From assembly GCA_907165135.1 (NCBI GenBank), contig OU015566.1, positions 5,518,001-5,582,000 of the forward strand: a stretch of DNA of 64,000 nucleotides, in the 5' to 3' direction. This DNA is from Oikopleura dioica. Lineage: Eukaryota; Animalia; Chordata. The position numbers and the translations under genes were made by a program. This document shows, piece by piece, positions 61,247 to 64,000 of this stretch. Numbering within the stretch: the first letter of the stretch is position 1; each line of letters starts with the position of its first letter. The notes under the pieces were generated by a model. The model ran no database searches and was not told where the DNA came from. It saw only the letters and a list, made by a program, of their open reading frames with translations.

Positions 61247-63798
61247 CTGAAAATTGAACATTTTAGACTCTCTCTTTTTTTCGAACTTTTTGGAGAAATG
61301 AGAATGAGGGCGGACTGATCAGTTGCATGAAATTCTGGAAACGAAGGAAAGATCGGAATTTAATACTTAAGCTGTTTTTTTCAAGATTTTGCAAAAAAAA
61401 AAAGAAATGAATAAAAATATTTTTGACTTGCCGTCGTTAGTGTTCTTTTCGAAAAAAAGCAGTGGCACCTGCTCTGGCTTGTGTGCTGCTCTTAGTGTGC
61501 TTTTACGACCGGGCTGCAACTTGAAGGACTCCTGCCTAGAGAGGCCAGGCAGGCCCCTCCTTCTCTAACTCAACTGGGCAGACAAAAGATCAAGTAGCAT
61601 AGAGCAGCAGCAGTAATCGTGCCCAACTGCCACTCGAACGCCTGCTTTTTCAAATAAAATAGGGGCCTCTCTCTCTCTTTCTATCTCTCTCTTGGAAAAT
61701 GAATGAAATAAGGTGAATCGCTGCTTTTGCATACGAATTTTCGACGCAAGCGCGGTTCGAAAAAAAAATTACTTTTGCCAATCGAGAAAGAGAGGCAGGA
61801 AATCTCTTATGCAATCTCGAAAAGAAATGACTTTTTTCTTTTTTTTTTAAAGAATTTTTTTTTATTAATCTTTCCAGACCCTTTTTTCGCTTGCATATTT
61901 CTTGCATGGATGGCGCTGTTCCCTCCCGCTCAAGAAAAAAAGAGGAGACCTCCCTTGAGACCAGCTCCTTTTTTCGACCAACCACATGCAGCCATGAGCT
62001 AATGCATGCGCGCTGTGCTCGGATGCAAACAGCGCCACCACAAGTTTGATGTCAAGGATGATCTCTTTTTTCTAGTGCTTTTTGTTACCTTTACTGAGTT
62101 TTCCGGCATTTTGGCGAAGATGAAGATTTGCCTCGAAATCTGGATTGGTGGATGTTTGCCGTCTCTCTGTTTCAGTCGAATAACTGTAGTTTCTCGATCA
62201 GTTTTGAATTAATTCTTTGTTTTTGAAAAGATAAAGCTTTGAATTGCAGATTTTTTTTTCGCCGCGGAAGTTGTTGCTGAGTGAGCTTCTGCGAGAGGTA
62301 TGATCTGCCAGGTTCAAAACGCAAGATATTTAGCAAGCGAGGATCCGCCTTGCCGTGGCATACAAGATCAGTGGAGGGCGCCCCCTCGCCCAAGCAGCCG
62401 CAGTTGAGGGCAGCCCGGAGCCACGCAGCCCAGCTAAGCTCTTGCTACCTGCACGAGACTCTACTAATGGATTGGAACTCGACTATACTTGTTGCTGCGT
62501 AACTTGACCGTATTTATATCCAACCGCCCGCCTCCTTTAAAACTAAAAATGGAACTCAGTTTATAGACAAATAAAATTGTCCCTCTTTGAAAAAGATTAT
62601 TGTATCAAGATAATTTCAAATTTAAATTGCATTTAATTATTTGAAGAATAATAAAAATAATTAAAATTTGTAATCGATCCATCTTTTTGAGCAATAATTT
62701 TTATCAAATGCGATATTGGCTTCAAAAGCAATTGAGTCAAATAAAAGCCAGTTGCAAAACGATACACTGCATGCCGATAAAACAAGCATTGCCTCCTGCT
62801 TCTTGTTTTCGCCTTGAAAGGGAAAATGGTCATTTCTGCGGGGAAGTCCTGGAGGATTTTATTGCACCGGCGACTAACCTTGCCTCGCTCCCGCTTGCTG
62901 TAAATTTTGTAGGAAGAAGTTTCTTTCCTAGAATTTTATTTTATCGTTTTTGCTTCTTCAATTCTCAATTTCAAATTCACAAAATGAAATGAAGGATCGA
63001 TTTCTGGTTGTATAACTAATATTCAAATTTCGTCTTTCTCCACAGAAAAATCAAAATTCGCAGCTGGAATCAAAAAGGGCAGACGGGTTCATTGCCAGAC
63101 TCGTCAGAAAAAAAGAGAATCTTGGATCATGAGATCCGAAAAAGAAGTCTTAAGATTGCCCATTCAGTTTCGGAAATTTAGCCCAAGATTGTCAACTTTA
63201 TGCAAAGAACCTTTTATGTCCAAAAAGCAATTTTTGGTTACAAATTTCAGCATGAGTCGACAATCTTGGGCAAAAATTGAGTAAATCTGAATTTTATTCC
63301 AAAAAAAAAGTTGTCAGAAGAGATTATTTGATTCCGGTTAATAGAAGCTGCCAAAAACGAGTGATTCGATTTGCACCCCCTGTAGCTGCGATTGCTGCTG
63401 CCACTGTAGCTGCGTGAGAATTAATCTGTGTGCAAAAGCATAGGATCAACGCAGTGGGAGGCCTTATCTACCGCCATATTTGTGCTAAGCAGGGTTTTGT
63501 AACGCTATCGCATATTTTTCACTTATCACAGGAGAGTGAGAAGACTGATGAGTTTTATTCAATATCGCCCTCTTCTGACCAGCATGAGAGCGAACTTGCA
63601 TCTTCGAGGAATCCGATAATCGACAACGAAACAATTTCAAGTCAGAAGCAAAAATAACACGGGGGTTCGAACTTGGAAGAATAATCATCTGATCTTATTT
63701 GAAAAACTGTATAAGAACCTTCAAAAATATTGGCTAGCCAATCAGATGCTAGCATAGCCCCATATCAAGGCCCCATTTTAACGGATTTCTTAGATGAT

Positions 63799-64000
63799 GT
63801 TCGGAGAAGTTTGCAATTAGAATTGGTACAGGACCAATTCTTCTATAATATAGCTAGAATTGGTCTTATACCACCTACCTAGTGGGGGGGGGGTCCCGGC
63901 GGCGTAGCCCCTTGGTAAGGGTTAGGGGTATCATACCAATTCTAGCCAAATTATAGAATAGTTGGTCCTGTACGAATTCTTATTGCATACTTCCCCGAAC
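63799..64000. mobile_element. Foldback element truncated by the window edge, with G-rich and telomere-like centre
   Basis: 63799-63864 complementary to 63935-64000 (~85% match); centre G-run-TCCCGGCGGCGTAGCCCC-TAAGGGTTAGGGG. Confidence 0.8.

Noticed and set aside
62687-63200. Plus-strand ORF 62687-62992 and downstream possible exon
   Set aside because: No recognisable domain, and no consistent in-frame splice path found
1-64000. tRNA, rRNA, snRNA or CRISPR arrays
   Set aside because: No cloverleaf with T-loop, no rRNA-like sequence and no regularly spaced repeat-spacer array seen by eye

Overview
Compact, intron-rich animal genomic DNA. Many 40-50 nt introns, GA-AG and GC-AG introns and a high foldback/MITE density suggest the appendicularian tunicate Oikopleura dioica (inference). 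Left to right: two CAP/GAPR-1-like paralogs flanking an S1 serine protease, a small secreted CxxxC protein, a class Ib sirtuin, a GRAF-family BAR-PH-RhoGAP-SH3 gene, a foldback-rich stretch (about 11.8-20.7 kb) and a small single-pass membrane gene. Next is a ~5,500-aa PKHD1L1/fibrocystin-L-like gene that appears spliced in frame to ZP-N and ZP modules. Two tandem paralogs of a type II membrane Cys-rich/Kelch-like family follow; one is interrupted by an LTR element with identical LTRs, the other by a TTAA MITE. The window ends with an orphan gene, a kinase-like domain fused to a papain-like Cys-His-Asn peptidase, and a BTB-C2H2 zinc-finger gene. Several single-base deficits in homopolymers look like assembly errors. 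No tRNA, rRNA or CRISPR was seen. All gene models are manual; no database search was run.
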